64,000 nt of DNA from a bacterium (GTDB taxonomy: Bacteria > SAR324 > NAC60-12), in contig CBDDTI010000745.1 in the NCBI GenBank assembly GCA_965233585.1, positions 384,001-448,000 of the forward strand, in the 5' to 3' direction. This document shows, piece by piece, positions 31,508 to 42,385 of this stretch. Numbering within the stretch: the stretch's first letter is position 1; each line of letters begins with the position of its first letter. The notes under the pieces are model-generated. The model worked only from the letters and a program-made list of their open reading frames with translations, did no database searches and was not told the origin of the DNA. Both the position numbers and the translations under genes were made by a program.

Positions 31508-33343
31508 ATGCTTCACTCTTTCAAAGTTACCTGCTCTCTCCTTTCTTGCCTCTTTCTCCTTGCCTCAACGTCTTTTCTCATTGCTCTAGTCCTTAACTTC
31601 TCTCAAATCATCACAGATTTTCAAAACGCCCTCCAAAATTTACCAGAAAATACCTTGCTGTATGACAGAAACACCTCTGTTTATGCCACCATCAAAGGAG
31701 TTGAAAATAGAGAGTCTATCACACTGAACCAGATGGGAGGTCATATACCCTTTGCTACCGTTGCCGCAGAAGATTCAAGGTTCTTTCATCACTGGGGAGT
31801 TGACCCCATTGGAATTATACGTGCGTTGCTTGTCAATCTCACAACCCAAAGCTATCAGCAAGGGGCAAGCACCATCACCCAACAACTTTCAAAATTACTA
31901 CTGCTTTCACCCAAACCCACCTTGAGACGCAAGGCACAAGAGATTTTAAGTGCCATCTCCTTAACCATTCAATACGACAAAACATTCCTGCTGCAAACGT
32001 ACCTCAACACTGTTTATTTTGGTCATGGACTCTATGGCATAGAGCAGGCATCAAAAGGGTATTTTCAAAAATCTACCAAAGACCTGACTCTGGAAGAAGC
32101 CGCTTTTTTGGCAGCAATCATCAAAAAACCTTCCTACTACATGAGACGCTCAAAGGAACATCAAACCCCCTCAGGATTCTTCCCCCAAGAAACCCTAAAA
32201 AAAGCATTGACAAGAAAGAATTATGTCTTAAAAAAAATGTATGAAAACGAATGGATTAGTCAAAAACAATATGAGCAGGCATTACAACAACCAATCCGTG
32301 TGTCTGTGCCAAAATCAAAGCCCAATCATGCACATTACTTTGTCCAACACGTAAGAAAGCTATTAAATGCCAAAGGTTACTCTGTGGCAGGCAGTGGATA
32401 CCACATTCAAACCACACTTGATTTAGGATTACAGCAAAACGCTGAACAAGTGGTGCAGGACATCTTTAACCAACCACAATCATTTGACCAAGTGGCATTA
32501 GTGTCCCTTCATGCCAAAACAGGAGAAGTCTTAGCTTTGATTGGGGGAAGGGATTTTGAGCAATCACAGTTTAACCGTGCCACACAAGCCAGACGTCAAG
32601 TTGGGTCAGTCTTCAAAACATTCATTTATGCCTTAGCATTAGAAAAAGAGTTCTCACCCCAGCAAAAGTTCATTGACGAACCCCTCACATTTGTCTGGTA
32701 TGACCAAAACAACCAGCAACACATCTATCAACCACAAAATTTTGACAATCAGTACGGACTAGAACGACTGACTCAAGACTCTGTTTCTCTCCAAGAAGCC
32801 TTTCAAATCTCACTCAATACAACGGCAGTGCAGTTATTGCATCAAATTGGCATCAAATATGCTGTTCAAGTGTTGAACCAGATGAATTTAAAACTGTCTG
32901 AAGAACAAGGATTGTGCTTGGCTTTGGGTTGTTCTGAAAACACACCCCTTGAAATGACGTCTGCCTATTTGGCTTTGAGCAATCAGGGGCAATACAAGCA
33001 ACCCTCTTTTATCAAAAAAATACACACTCAAGAATTTCAAAACACCCAACCAACTCAAACTATTTTTTCCAAAAAAACTGCTCGTCAGATGAAAGAACTG
33101 TTACACAAGGCTTTGAGTCAAGGCACAGGTCGCTTGGCATATTGGAAGCATCAAGGCTATTTAGGAGGCAAGACAGGAACTAGCAATGACCACAGGGACG
33201 CATGGTTCATCGGTTTTTCTGATGACCTCATCACTGGAGTTTGGCTCGGCAATGACGATGGCACTCCAACCGAAGAAACAGGGGGCAAGACAGCCGCACA
33301 GATTTGGAAAACATTCATGCAAAAATGCCTGAAAAAACCATAA
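31508..33343 (+). CDS. Class A penicillin-binding protein (transglycosylase-transpeptidase, PBP1A family)
   Basis: EDSRFFHHWG, GASTITQQL, RKAQE, SxxK (GSVFK), SLN, KTGT. Confidence 0.92.
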   Translation: MLHSFKVTCSLLSCLFLLASTSFLIALVLNFSQIITDFQNALQNLPENTLLYDRNTSVYATIKGVENRESITLNQMGGHIPFATVAAEDSRFFHHWGVDPIGIIRALLVNLTTQSYQQGASTITQQLSKLLLLSPKPTLRRKAQEILSAISLTIQYDKTFLLQTYLNTVYFGHGLYGIEQASKGYFQKSTKDLTLEEAAFLAAIIKKPSYYMRRSKEHQTPSGFFPQETLKKALTRKNYVLKKMYENEWISQKQYEQALQQPIRVSVPKSKPNHAHYFVQHVRKLLNAKGYSVAGSGYHIQTTLDLGLQQNAEQVVQDIFNQPQSFDQVALVSLHAKTGEVLALIGGRDFEQSQFNRATQARRQVGSVFKTFIYALALEKEFSPQQKFIDEPLTFVWYDQNNQQHIYQPQNFDNQYGLERLTQDSVSLQEAFQISLNTTAVQLLHQIGIKYAVQVLNQMNLKLSEEQGLCLALGCSENTPLEMTSAYLALSNQGQYKQPSFIKKIHTQEFQNTQPTQTIFSKKTARQMKELLHKALSQGTGRLAYWKHQGYLGGKTGTSNDHRDAWFIGFSDDLITGVWLGNDDGTPTEETGGKTAAQIWKTFMQKCLKKP

Positions 33344-33363
33344 TTAAAAGAAGCTATGATGAT

Positions 33364-34305
33364 ATGATTCACAGAACACTCCTTGTCTGCCTCACTCTGT
33401 TCTTCTCTTTTCATGCCTTTGCAGGTGAACCTTTGCAAGAGTCCATTTTGCACTTTTGGAAGACGAACCAAAAGTCTCTAGGGCAACAAGACCAACTTTC
33501 TCTAGCCGTGCAAGATTTACAAACAAACCAAATCCTTGTTGAAATTGCAACAACGACTTCTATCAAATCTGCAAGTTTGATTAAATTATTGGTTTTGGAG
33601 GAATTTTTGAGGCATCAAGCCCAAAACCAGACAGTTCAAAATGGCTCAACTCAAAAAGGTCAAGAAGATTTGGTCAAAATGATTCAATACAGTAGCAATA
33701 CCAGCTTTAATAAACTGGTCAAGAAACTGGGAGGGCTTGAAAAAACTCAGAAATTATTGCGTCAAAACTATCCCAACACTACATTAGCCGAATATATTCC
33801 AGAAACAGGCAGAACCTATCAAAATAAAATCATTGTAGAAGAGTTGAGAACCATGCTTCACAGACTGTGGCAACATCGCATCTTAGGAGACCAGTTTTCA
33901 CAACAAGCCAATCGCCAAGCATCACTTGAAATCCTCTGGCTCATGCAACTCCCTCCACCTTCACAAATTGCAGACCGTCTTTACTCCAAAACATGCTTGA
34001 CCCAAGACCCTCATACGCGTTTGTGGGACAAAACGGGATTTGTTCGGGGTTCCAACGGCAATGCAGGAGTGATTGGTTTTCAGGTCAATGACAAAACACA
34101 GGCATACATCATTGTCAGTGTAATTTGGAGAAAAAACCATCAAAGCATCAATTCCGGTGGGAAACTCTGGTTTCAGAAATCAAACTTCATTCATCGCCGC
34201 ATCTCTGAAATGACTTACGCCTACTTCCAAAAACTCTATTCCGGACCCAGCACTTGCGGTGCAACTTTGTTAGAAAAACATCAAAAAGAATCAGTCAAGT
34301 TTTGA
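33364..34305 (+). CDS. Secreted serine hydrolase, class A beta-lactamase-like fold
   Basis: Signal peptide MIHRTLLVCLTLFFSFHAFA (likely start 33364); SLIK (SxxK), SSN, KTG motifs. Confidence 0.75.
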   Translation: MIHRTLLVCLTLFFSFHAFAGEPLQESILHFWKTNQKSLGQQDQLSLAVQDLQTNQILVEIATTTSIKSASLIKLLVLEEFLRHQAQNQTVQNGSTQKGQEDLVKMIQYSSNTSFNKLVKKLGGLEKTQKLLRQNYPNTTLAEYIPETGRTYQNKIIVEELRTMLHRLWQHRILGDQFSQQANRQASLEILWLMQLPPPSQIADRLYSKTCLTQDPHTRLWDKTGFVRGSNGNAGVIGFQVNDKTQAYIIVSVIWRKNHQSINSGGKLWFQKSNFIHRRISEMTYAYFQKLYSGPSTCGATLLEKHQKESVKF

Positions 34306-34438
34306 AATTTAGAAAAGATTCAAGAGGCAATACTGTGAAGATTGTGATGCAATGGGTCTTCAGTTTGATTTAAAAACTTGTCTTATCAACTCATCTGTCA
34401 TATCATGGTTGGTTTTGTTTATTTTAGGGAAGGTTATC

Positions 34439-34750
34439 ATGTATGCAATTATTGAAGCGCAAGGCAAACAGCATCAGGTCTCACCGGGTGATCTCATTAG
34501 TGTAGATCGCCTTGATGCAGAGGTAGGTTCTGTCTTTGAGACAGATAAAGTTTTATTCGTGAAAGATGGTGAGACAGTGAAGGTCGGGACTCCAACAGTG
34601 ACGGGGGCAAAGGTCAAAGGTGAAGTTGTCAAGCATGAGCTTGGCAAGAAAATTCTTGTGTTCAAAATGAAACGTCGTAAAAGATACCGAAAAACACAAG
34701 GATACCGCCATCAGCATACCACCATTAAAATTCAATCCATTGAAAGTTGA
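34439..34750 (+). CDS. rplU: 50S ribosomal protein L21
   Basis: MYAIIEAQGKQHQV...VFKMKRRKRYRKTQGYRH; start corrected to 34439. Confidence 0.97.
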   Translation: MYAIIEAQGKQHQVSPGDLISVDRLDAEVGSVFETDKVLFVKDGETVKVGTPTVTGAKVKGEVVKHELGKKILVFKMKRRKRYRKTQGYRHQHTTIKIQSIES

Positions 34751-34818
34751 TTACTTTCTGAGGGTGAATCTTCTTTTTTGATTTTTAACAACATTTATTT
34801 GAGAACAACGAGGATATT

Positions 34819-35076
34819 ATGGCTCATAAAAAAGCAGGCGGTAGCAGCCGCAATGGTCGTGATTCAGCAGGGAAAAGGCGAGGCGTCAAGAAATTTGGAG
34901 GACAAGCTGTCAGGGGTGGCACTGTCTTAGTTCGTCAAGTTGGCTCTACTTTTCACGAAGGAAAAAATGTAGGCAGGGGCAAAGATTTTACCTTGTTTGC
35001 TTTGATTGACGGCATCGTTTCTTTTTCCAAAAGGAAAGGTCGTAAATTTGTCCATGTTGAACCTGCTCACGCATGA
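34819..35076 (+). CDS. rpmA: 50S ribosomal protein L27
   Basis: [16 protein letters not shown]...[12 protein letters not shown]. Confidence 0.98.
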   Translation: MAHKKAGGSSRNGRDSAGKRRGVKKFGGQAVRGGTVLVRQVGSTFHEGKNVGRGKDFTLFALIDGIVSFSKRKGRKFVHVEPAHA

Positions 35077-36047
35077 GTTTACGGTCTCTTTCTGGAATCA
35101 AACCCACAGGAAGTCCCCATCTAGGCAACTATTTGGGGATGATGAAACCCGCCTTAAAACTTCAACAACAATTCCAAACTTTTTACTTCATTGCAGATTA
35201 TCATGCAATGACCACCTTGCCAGACCCTCAATTCTTACAAAAATCTGCTTACGATCTCACTGCCTCTTTTCTTGCACTTGGGCTTTCTACCAAAGGTCAT
35301 GCGTTCTTTAAACAATCTGATATTCCTGAAGTGACAGAACTGGCTTGGATTCTTGCATGCCTTGCTCATAAAGGAGTGCTTGACCGAGCGCATGCTTACA
35401 AAGATGCGATTGCTAAAAAGATAGAAGTCAACGTTGGGCTGTTTTGCTACCCTATTTTAATGGCGGCAGATATTTTAATTTATGACTCTACTCACGTGCC
35501 TGTTGGGCAAGACCAAAAACAACATCTTGAGATGACACGCGACCTTGCGCTCCGTTTTAATCATGTTTACGGAGAAACCTTTGTCATTCCAGAAGCATTG
35601 ATTGAAAAAGAAGTCGCTACCATTCCCGGCATTGATGGTCAGAAGATGAGCAAATCCTACAACAACACCATTCCTCTTTTTGCAGAAGAAAAAAAGCTCA
35701 AGAAGCTGGTGATGAAAATCGTGACAGACTCCTTGCCTGTGGAAGCCCAAAAAAACCCTGAACACTGCCGCATCTTTGCACTCTTTAAGTTTTTTTCGTC
35801 AGAACAAGAGCAAAAGGAGCTGGCAAAACAATACCAAAAAGGAGGCATGGGATATGGTGAAGCCAAACAAATTTGCTTTGAAGCCATCAATCGTGAGCTG
35901 AAAGATGCCAGAGACAAGTATGTTTCTTTTCGTCAAGACTTGAAAACTCTGGACGGCATTTTGGAACAAGGGAGAGACGATGCACGAAAGGTTGCACAGT
36001 CTGTGATGACTCGCGTCAGAAACAAAATAGGATTATGTCTGAAGTAA
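35073..36047 (+). CDS. trpS: Tryptophan--tRNA ligase
   Basis: [41 protein letters not shown]. Confidence 0.97.
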   Translation: MSLRSLSGIKPTGSPHLGNYLGMMKPALKLQQQFQTFYFIADYHAMTTLPDPQFLQKSAYDLTASFLALGLSTKGHAFFKQSDIPEVTELAWILACLAHKGVLDRAHAYKDAIAKKIEVNVGLFCYPILMAADILIYDSTHVPVGQDQKQHLEMTRDLALRFNHVYGETFVIPEALIEKEVATIPGIDGQKMSKSYNNTIPLFAEEKKLKKLVMKIVTDSLPVEAQKNPEHCRIFALFKFFSSEQEQKELAKQYQKGGMGYGEAKQICFEAINRELKDARDKYVSFRQDLKTLDGILEQGRDDARKVAQSVMTRVRNKIGLCLK

Positions 36048-37462
36048 ACCTTGACATTCTTTCTTCACGTTATGCAAGTGAGGCAATGAATCAAATTTGG
36101 TCATTGCGTGGTCGCTTCAAGACAGAACGTCAGCTTTGGGTCGCTGTAATGAAAGCCCAAAAAGAACAAGGTTTAGACATTCCGCAAGAAGCGATTGATG
36201 CCTATGAGAATGTGGTTGATGACATTGACCTTGAAAGCATAGAACAGCGGGAAAAGATTTTGAGGCATGATGTGAAAGCACGGATTGAAGAATTTTGTGC
36301 AAAGGCAGGACATGAGCAAATTCACAAAGGCATGACAAGCCGTGATTTAACTGACAATGTGGAACAGTTGCAGGTTTTTCAATCTTTGAAACTAATTGCT
36401 CAAAAATACGTCGCCTGTCTGCTTTCTCTCTCCAACCACTGTGAACGACATGCAACAACCCCTTTAATCGCAAGAACGCATAACGTCCCCGCACAGCCTT
36501 CATCTTTGGGAAAGCGATTAGCCATGTTTGCAGAAGACATGCTGTTTGCTTTGCAGAGACTTGAGGAACTGATTGACGCCTATCCTTTGAGGGGACTCAA
36601 AGGAGCGGTGGGAACACAGCTAGACCAGCAAACTTTGTTTGAGGGACATCTGGAATCTGTTCAAGTGTTAGATGAAAAAGTTCGTCAGTTTTTGGGTTTC
36701 ACAAACAGCCTGCACGCTGTGGGGCAAATTTATTCAAGAAGCCTTGATTATCAAAGTGTCAATCGTCTTTGTTCGCTAAGCGCACCTATTTCAAGTCTGG
36801 CAACAACGTTGCGTTTGATGGCAGGGCATGAGCTGGTCTCTGAGGGGTTTCAAAAAGGACAAGTAGGGTCATCTGCCATGCCCCATAAAATGAATATGCG
36901 GAGTTGTGAGCGTCTTTGCGGGTTTCATCAAATTTTAAACGGCTATTTGACCATGCTTTCAGGCTTAAATGGCGGACAGTGGAATGAAGGCGATGTTTCA
37001 GATTCTGTGGTCAGACGAGTCGCATTGCCAAGTGCTATGTTTGCAATAGATGGTCAGCTTGAGACTTTTTTGACCATTCTTGACGAAATGACGTTTTATC
37101 CGTCATCATTAAACCAAGAATGGCAAAAGCATCTTCCCTTTGCCTCAACCACCGTTTTATTGATGGAAGCCCTCAAAAAAGGCATTGGCAGAGAAGAAGG
37201 GCATGAGGTCATTAAGCAACACGCAGTCGCAACACTCCAAGCCATTCGTCATGGACAAGGTGAGGCGTCTGACTTTGCCAAAAATTTGGGAACAGACCCC
37301 CACTTCCCAATGAATCAAGAAGAGATTCAAACCCTTCTTTCAGATTCAACACGTTTCTTTGCCTCTGCTCATCGGCAAACATTACAGATTGTGAAACAAA
37401 TTCAAGCTCTTCAAAAACGTTACCCAAACGCCTCGCAAATCCGACCCGCTCAAATTCTGTAA
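36035..37462 (+). CDS. purB: Adenylosuccinate lyase
   Basis: SRYAS, RHDVKA, IHKGMTSRD, GSSAMPHKMN. Confidence 0.95.
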   Translation: MSEVNLDILSSRYASEAMNQIWSLRGRFKTERQLWVAVMKAQKEQGLDIPQEAIDAYENVVDDIDLESIEQREKILRHDVKARIEEFCAKAGHEQIHKGMTSRDLTDNVEQLQVFQSLKLIAQKYVACLLSLSNHCERHATTPLIARTHNVPAQPSSLGKRLAMFAEDMLFALQRLEELIDAYPLRGLKGAVGTQLDQQTLFEGHLESVQVLDEKVRQFLGFTNSLHAVGQIYSRSLDYQSVNRLCSLSAPISSLATTLRLMAGHELVSEGFQKGQVGSSAMPHKMNMRSCERLCGFHQILNGYLTMLSGLNGGQWNEGDVSDSVVRRVALPSAMFAIDGQLETFLTILDEMTFYPSSLNQEWQKHLPFASTTVLLMEALKKGIGREEGHEVIKQHAVATLQAIRHGQGEASDFAKNLGTDPHFPMNQEEIQTLLSDSTRFFASAHRQTLQIVKQIQALQKRYPNASQIRPAQIL

Positions 37463-37501
37463 AAGAATGTCAAAATTTTCTCATCTTCTGAAAACCTTCC
37501 A

Positions 37502-38209
37502 ATGAGACACTCCAGTCAAAACCCTCGTCAGCTCTCACCCCAAGATTTTCAAAAACGCATCAAACACAATCCTTATCTAGGCAAAATCTACAATTATCAA
37601 GATTGTCTCATTGCACACCCTAACCCAAGCACAAAGCAACGCATTGCCAATTTTTCCAAAGATTCACCACTACATGTTGAGATTGGTTGCGGGTCAGGAC
37701 TTTATATTTCAGAACTTGCCAAGAACCAAAAAGATGCTTGCTTTGTGGGCTTTGAAATCCGTTACAAACGTTTGGTCAGCATTGCCAAAAAAATTGACTT
37801 AAACCATCTTTCAAATGTCTTGATTTTGCGTGAAAAAGGGGAGTATCTTGCAGATTTTTTTGGTGAAGACTCACTGGACTCGGTGCATGTCAATTTTCCA
37901 GACCCTTGGGCGAAGAAATCTCAAAAAAAGCATCGTCTTTTGCAACATTCTTTTTTTGAAACATTGACCAGACTACTGAAGCACAAAGGACGTTTCTTCT
38001 TCAAAACAGACCACCAAGACTATTTTCACTCCGTGACTCAACTTTTGACACATTTCCGTCAGTTTGAAATTGTAGAATATTCTGAGGATTTGCACCAAAG
38101 CCCTTATTTGCAAAATAATATCAAAACAGAGTTTGAAAAATTGTTTTTGTCAAAACTGCAATCTTGCATTTATTATTTGCAATTCATTTATCAAAACCCC
38201 AGCGTATGA
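37502..38209 (+). CDS. trmB: tRNA (guanine-N7)-methyltransferase
   Basis: VEIGCGSG, GFEIR, VNFPDPWAKKSQKKHRL, FKTDHQDY, TEFE. Confidence 0.93.
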   Translation: MRHSSQNPRQLSPQDFQKRIKHNPYLGKIYNYQDCLIAHPNPSTKQRIANFSKDSPLHVEIGCGSGLYISELAKNQKDACFVGFEIRYKRLVSIAKKIDLNHLSNVLILREKGEYLADFFGEDSLDSVHVNFPDPWAKKSQKKHRLLQHSFFETLTRLLKHKGRFFFKTDHQDYFHSVTQLLTHFRQFEIVEYSEDLHQSPYLQNNIKTEFEKLFLSKLQSCIYYLQFIYQNPSV

Positions 38210-39123
38210 TGCCCCTAGAACCTAAAAAAGTGATTGCATTGGTTGGTGCAACAGGTAGTGGCAAGACAGAATTGGCAGTTGAAATTGCCCAAAAGTTTAA
38301 TGGTGAGATTGTTTGTACAGATTCGGTGCAAGTTTATCGTGAATTTGACATCGGGTCTGCCAAACCTAGCCACGAACAACAGCAAGCAGTGAAACACCAC
38401 CAAATTGATGTGATTGAACCTGATGGCTACTACTCTGTGGCAAATTTTGCAAACGATGCAAAAAGGTGCATTCAGCAAATCCATGATGCAGGGAAGCTAC
38501 CCATTTTAACTGGGGGTTCAGGATTGTACTACCGTTGTGCAATCTCGGAAATCGCTGCGATTCCTAGCATTCCCCGACAGATTAAACAGCTGGTGAATGA
38601 ATGGCATCAACAAGGGATTTTGTTTTGCTACCAACAATTAGAAAAACTAGACCCCCAAAGTGCCAATGTGCTAAACGCAGGTGATACATCAAGAATTTTG
38701 CGAGCATTGGAAGTCATGTTGTCCACAGGAAGATCTATTAGAGAACATTGGAATTTAGAAACATTTGGTCAACCCTGTTATGACCTGTTAAGTGTAGGAA
38801 TTTTTTATGAACGTCCAACACTTTACCAAAGAATCAATGCCCGTACCTTGGAAATGCTCAAAGCAGGTTGGGTTGAAGAAACGCAGTCTTTGCGTCAAAA
38901 CTATTCCAAAAATTTACATGCCCTTGGCTCCATTGGATACAAACAGATTGGGATTTTTCTGGAACAAAACATCAGTTATAAATTGATGGTTGAAAAAATC
39001 CAGCAAAAAACTAGAAATTATGCTAAACGTCAGCTGACTTGGTTCCGTAAAGAACGAGATATTCAATGGTTCTCACCAGAACAAAAGCAAAACTGCTTTG
39101 ATGCCATCAGCCAATTCCTTTAG
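38206..39123 (+). CDS. miaA: tRNA dimethylallyltransferase
   Basis: GATGSGKT, DSVQVY, DIGSAKP, GGSGLY, TRNYAKRQLTWF; start coupled to the trmB stop. Confidence 0.96.
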   Translation: MMPLEPKKVIALVGATGSGKTELAVEIAQKFNGEIVCTDSVQVYREFDIGSAKPSHEQQQAVKHHQIDVIEPDGYYSVANFANDAKRCIQQIHDAGKLPILTGGSGLYYRCAISEIAAIPSIPRQIKQLVNEWHQQGILFCYQQLEKLDPQSANVLNAGDTSRILRALEVMLSTGRSIREHWNLETFGQPCYDLLSVGIFYERPTLYQRINARTLEMLKAGWVEETQSLRQNYSKNLHALGSIGYKQIGIFLEQNISYKLMVEKIQQKTRNYAKRQLTWFRKERDIQWFSPEQKQNCFDAISQFL

Positions 39124-39288
39124 GTCTCCTGCCTAACGCATTTCTGCCAACTCTCCCCCCATTCTTTTTCATAAATTTCACACTCCCAAAAAACTGTAAA
39201 AATCCTGAAATGTTAATCTTGCAAAAATATTTATTAAAGGCATAATGTACATCTTTTTTTAGCCAGTCACCTCTTTTCCAAAATTCGT

Positions 39289-41082
39289 ATGACAGCTTCA
39301 CCCAAATTGGTAAAAGACTTCACAGACTTTGGTTTGGCAGTCTTGCAAGACAGATACTTGTTAAAAGGAGAAACACCTGATGCGATGTTTATGAGAGTCG
39401 CCAAAAGCTATGCCTACGACGAAGAACACAAACAACGTATGTACGGTTACATGCGTGCCATGTGGTTCATGCCAGCAACTCCCATTTTATCTAATGCGGG
39501 TACTAACAGAGGGCTACCGATTAGCTGTTTTTTGAATAATGTTGACGATTCGCTTGAGTCCATTTCTAGCACGTGGAATGAGAATGTCTGGCTGGCGGCA
39601 AAAGGTGGTGGAATAGGAACTTGTTGGTCTGATGTGAGAAGTGTTGGGCAAACTGTTCAGGGTCGGGGTGGGTCCTCTGGAATCATTCCATTTGTAAAGG
39701 TGATGGATTCTTTGACACTGGCTATTTCACAAGGAAGTTTAAGACGCGGGGCGTCTGCTTGCTATCTGGATATTTCTCACCCTGAAATTGAAGAGTTTTT
39801 AGAAATCAGAAAACCAACAGGAGACTTCAATCGTAAGAGTTTAAACATCCATCAAGGCATCACCATCTCTGATGATTTTATGCGTGCTGTGGTTAATAAC
39901 AAAAGATGGAATTTGATTGACCCTGCAACTAAGGAAGTCAAAAGTAGTGTCGTGGCAAGGGAGCTTTTCCAAAAAGTCATTGAGACACGTATCTCAACAG
40001 GCGAACCTTACATCGTCTTTTCTGACACAGTCAATCGTCATTTAGCACCTCATCATCAAGAACTTGGGCTTCAAGTGAGGCAGTCTAATCTTTGCAGTGA
40101 GATCATGCTCCCCACAGGAGTTGACTACAACGGACAACAAAGAACAGCCGTTTGTTGTTTAGGCAGTGTGAATTTGGAACATTTTGACGAATGGGAAAAT
40201 GACCCGCTTTTCATTGAAGATTGCTTGCTTTTCTTAGACCGTGTCCTGCAAAACTTCATTGAACTGACAGAAAATTTGGAAGGATTTGACAAGGCAAGAT
40301 ACTCTGCCATGCAAGAAAATTCTGTGGGGCTTGGTGCAATGGGTTTTCAATCTTTCTTGCAAAAGAAAAGAATTGGTTTTGAATCAGTGGTTGCCAAATC
40401 TTTGAACGTCAAAATTTTTAAACACATTCATCAACAAGCCACCCAAGCCAATGTGAAGCTGTCAGAATTGCTAGGAGCTTGCCCTGACGCAAAAAACAAA
40501 AGCTATGAGAGACGTTTCAGCTACATGCTTGCGATTGCTCCGACTGCCAACATTTCCATCATTGCAGGTGGTTGCTCCCCTTGTATTGAGCCAATCAACA
40601 GCAACATCTATACTCACAAAACTTTGACAGGCAGTTTTGAGGTCAAGAATAAATATTTGGTCAAACTCCTACAAGAAAAAGACAAAGACACTCAAGAAGT
40701 CTGGGACAAGATCATTGAAGAACAAGGCTCTGTCCAAAAGTTAGATTTTTTGACTGATGATGAAAAAGCAGTCTTTCAAACAGCATTTGAAATTGATCAA
40801 CGTTGGCTAGTAGAGTTTGCAGGCGAACGTGCAGCATACATAGACCAAGGGCAAAGTGTAAATTTATTTATGAAAGGTGATGCCGATAAGTGGGATTTAC
40901 TGATGATTCACATTAAAGCATGGCAATTAGGAATCAAAAGTTTATATTACTTAAGAAGTAGAAGCATACAACGTGCAGGTTTTGCCGGTGGTGTAGAACG
41001 AGACAACACAATCAAACGAGATAAAGTTTTTGCAACTTCGGTTGAAAGAGTTGACTACGAAGAATGCTTATCTTGCCAATGA
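39289..41082 (+). CDS. nrdA: Class Ia ribonucleotide reductase alpha subunit (no N-terminal ATP cone)
   Basis: PISCF, QSNLCSEI, AIAPTANIS, SLYYLRS, C-terminal CLSCQ; 597 aa. Confidence 0.95.
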   Translation: MTASPKLVKDFTDFGLAVLQDRYLLKGETPDAMFMRVAKSYAYDEEHKQRMYGYMRAMWFMPATPILSNAGTNRGLPISCFLNNVDDSLESISSTWNENVWLAAKGGGIGTCWSDVRSVGQTVQGRGGSSGIIPFVKVMDSLTLAISQGSLRRGASACYLDISHPEIEEFLEIRKPTGDFNRKSLNIHQGITISDDFMRAVVNNKRWNLIDPATKEVKSSVVARELFQKVIETRISTGEPYIVFSDTVNRHLAPHHQELGLQVRQSNLCSEIMLPTGVDYNGQQRTAVCCLGSVNLEHFDEWENDPLFIEDCLLFLDRVLQNFIELTENLEGFDKARYSAMQENSVGLGAMGFQSFLQKKRIGFESVVAKSLNVKIFKHIHQQATQANVKLSELLGACPDAKNKSYERRFSYMLAIAPTANISIIAGGCSPCIEPINSNIYTHKTLTGSFEVKNKYLVKLLQEKDKDTQEVWDKIIEEQGSVQKLDFLTDDEKAVFQTAFEIDQRWLVEFAGERAAYIDQGQSVNLFMKGDADKWDLLMIHIKAWQLGIKSLYYLRSRSIQRAGFAGGVERDNTIKRDKVFATSVERVDYEECLSCQ

Positions 41083-41123
41083 CCACAATTTGATCATCAC
41101 AAACAACACAACAAAGGAATCTT

Positions 41124-42149
41124 ATGAAAGCGACTCAACTGACACAGGAAAGCAAAGCATACAAACCATTCAACTATCCTTGGGCTTATGAATTTTGGCA
41201 AAAGCAACAACAGATTCATTGGCTACCCGAAGAAATCCCGTTAAGCGAAGATGTGAAAGACTGGAATAGTAAACTCACAGATTGTGAACGTGAATTTTTG
41301 ACCCAAATCTTCCGCTTTTTCACGCAAGCTGACATTGATGTCAGTGGAGGCTATATTGACCGATACATGCCCTTCTTTAAGCCTGTGGAGGTACGTATGA
41401 TGATGAGTGCCTTTGCCAATATGGAAACGGTGCATATTGCCGCTTATGCCTTGCTGATTGAGACAATCGGCATGCCTGATGTAGAGTTTTCAAAATTTCT
41501 GGAATACCAAGAGATGGCAGACAAGCATGAGTTTCTGAACAACTTCAACATGGACACCGAGCAAAATGTTTTAAAAACGATTGCCGCCTTTTCTGGATTT
41601 ACTGAAGGACTGCAACTGTTTGCATCATTTGCAATGCTTCTCAACTTTCCAAGATTTGGCAAAATGCGGGGCATGGGTCAAGTCATCACATGGAGTGTCA
41701 GAGATGAATCCTTGCATTGTGAAGGCATGATTAAGTTGTTCCACGAGTACGCAAATGAAACAGGGGCTTATGATGACAGTGTGAAAAAATCAATCATTGA
41801 TGTTGCCAAACAGTCTGTGGCTCTTGAAGACCGCTTCATTGATTTAGTCTTTCAAGCAGGTGTGATTCATGGCATTGATGCAGATTCATTAAAGCGATAT
41901 ATCAGGTATATTTGTGATTGGCGTCTGAATCAACTGGGAATAGAGGCTCTTTATCACATCAAAGAATACCCTCTGCTTTGGTTGAGAAGCCTGCTGAATG
42001 GTGTAGAACATGCTAACTTTTTTGAAACACGGGCGACAGAATATTCCAAAGGTGCAACTTCTGGAACATGGCAAGACACATGGATTCATTTTGACAAAGC
42101 CTACTCCCACACTCTACAAACATCTGAACCGTTTGAAGAAGCTGCATAA
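41124..42149 (+). CDS. nrdB: Ribonucleotide reductase beta subunit
   Basis: HWLPEE, FFTQAD, ETVHIAAY (radical Tyr), EGLQLF, RDESLH, NFFETRATEY. Confidence 0.95.
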   Translation: MKATQLTQESKAYKPFNYPWAYEFWQKQQQIHWLPEEIPLSEDVKDWNSKLTDCEREFLTQIFRFFTQADIDVSGGYIDRYMPFFKPVEVRMMMSAFANMETVHIAAYALLIETIGMPDVEFSKFLEYQEMADKHEFLNNFNMDTEQNVLKTIAAFSGFTEGLQLFASFAMLLNFPRFGKMRGMGQVITWSVRDESLHCEGMIKLFHEYANETGAYDDSVKKSIIDVAKQSVALEDRFIDLVFQAGVIHGIDADSLKRYIRYICDWRLNQLGIEALYHIKEYPLLWLRSLLNGVEHANFFETRATEYSKGATSGTWQDTWIHFDKAYSHTLQTSEPFEEAA

Positions 42150-42385
42150 ATTCCTATTCCTTCAAAACAACTTTGCAAGTTCTCAACATTGAATCAATAA
42201 CATTGATTGAATCCAGAATTTGCAAAAGCCTGTAACCTTCCAAATGGCAAAGTGGAATTGAAGTGCTGACGACGATTTGCCAGCCTCTCTCAAAACCCCA
42301 TACCTTCATCTCCTGTACTCATTAAATCTTCAAAATGGTTAGGCTTCATTCTTTGAGCTAAAACTTTTCTGAACGTTCAGAAAAA

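Noticed and set aside
42200..42350. GKSSSALQF Walker-A-like fragment on the minus strand between nrdB and glmS
   Set aside because: No sustained ORF or second motif; cannot support a pseudogene call.
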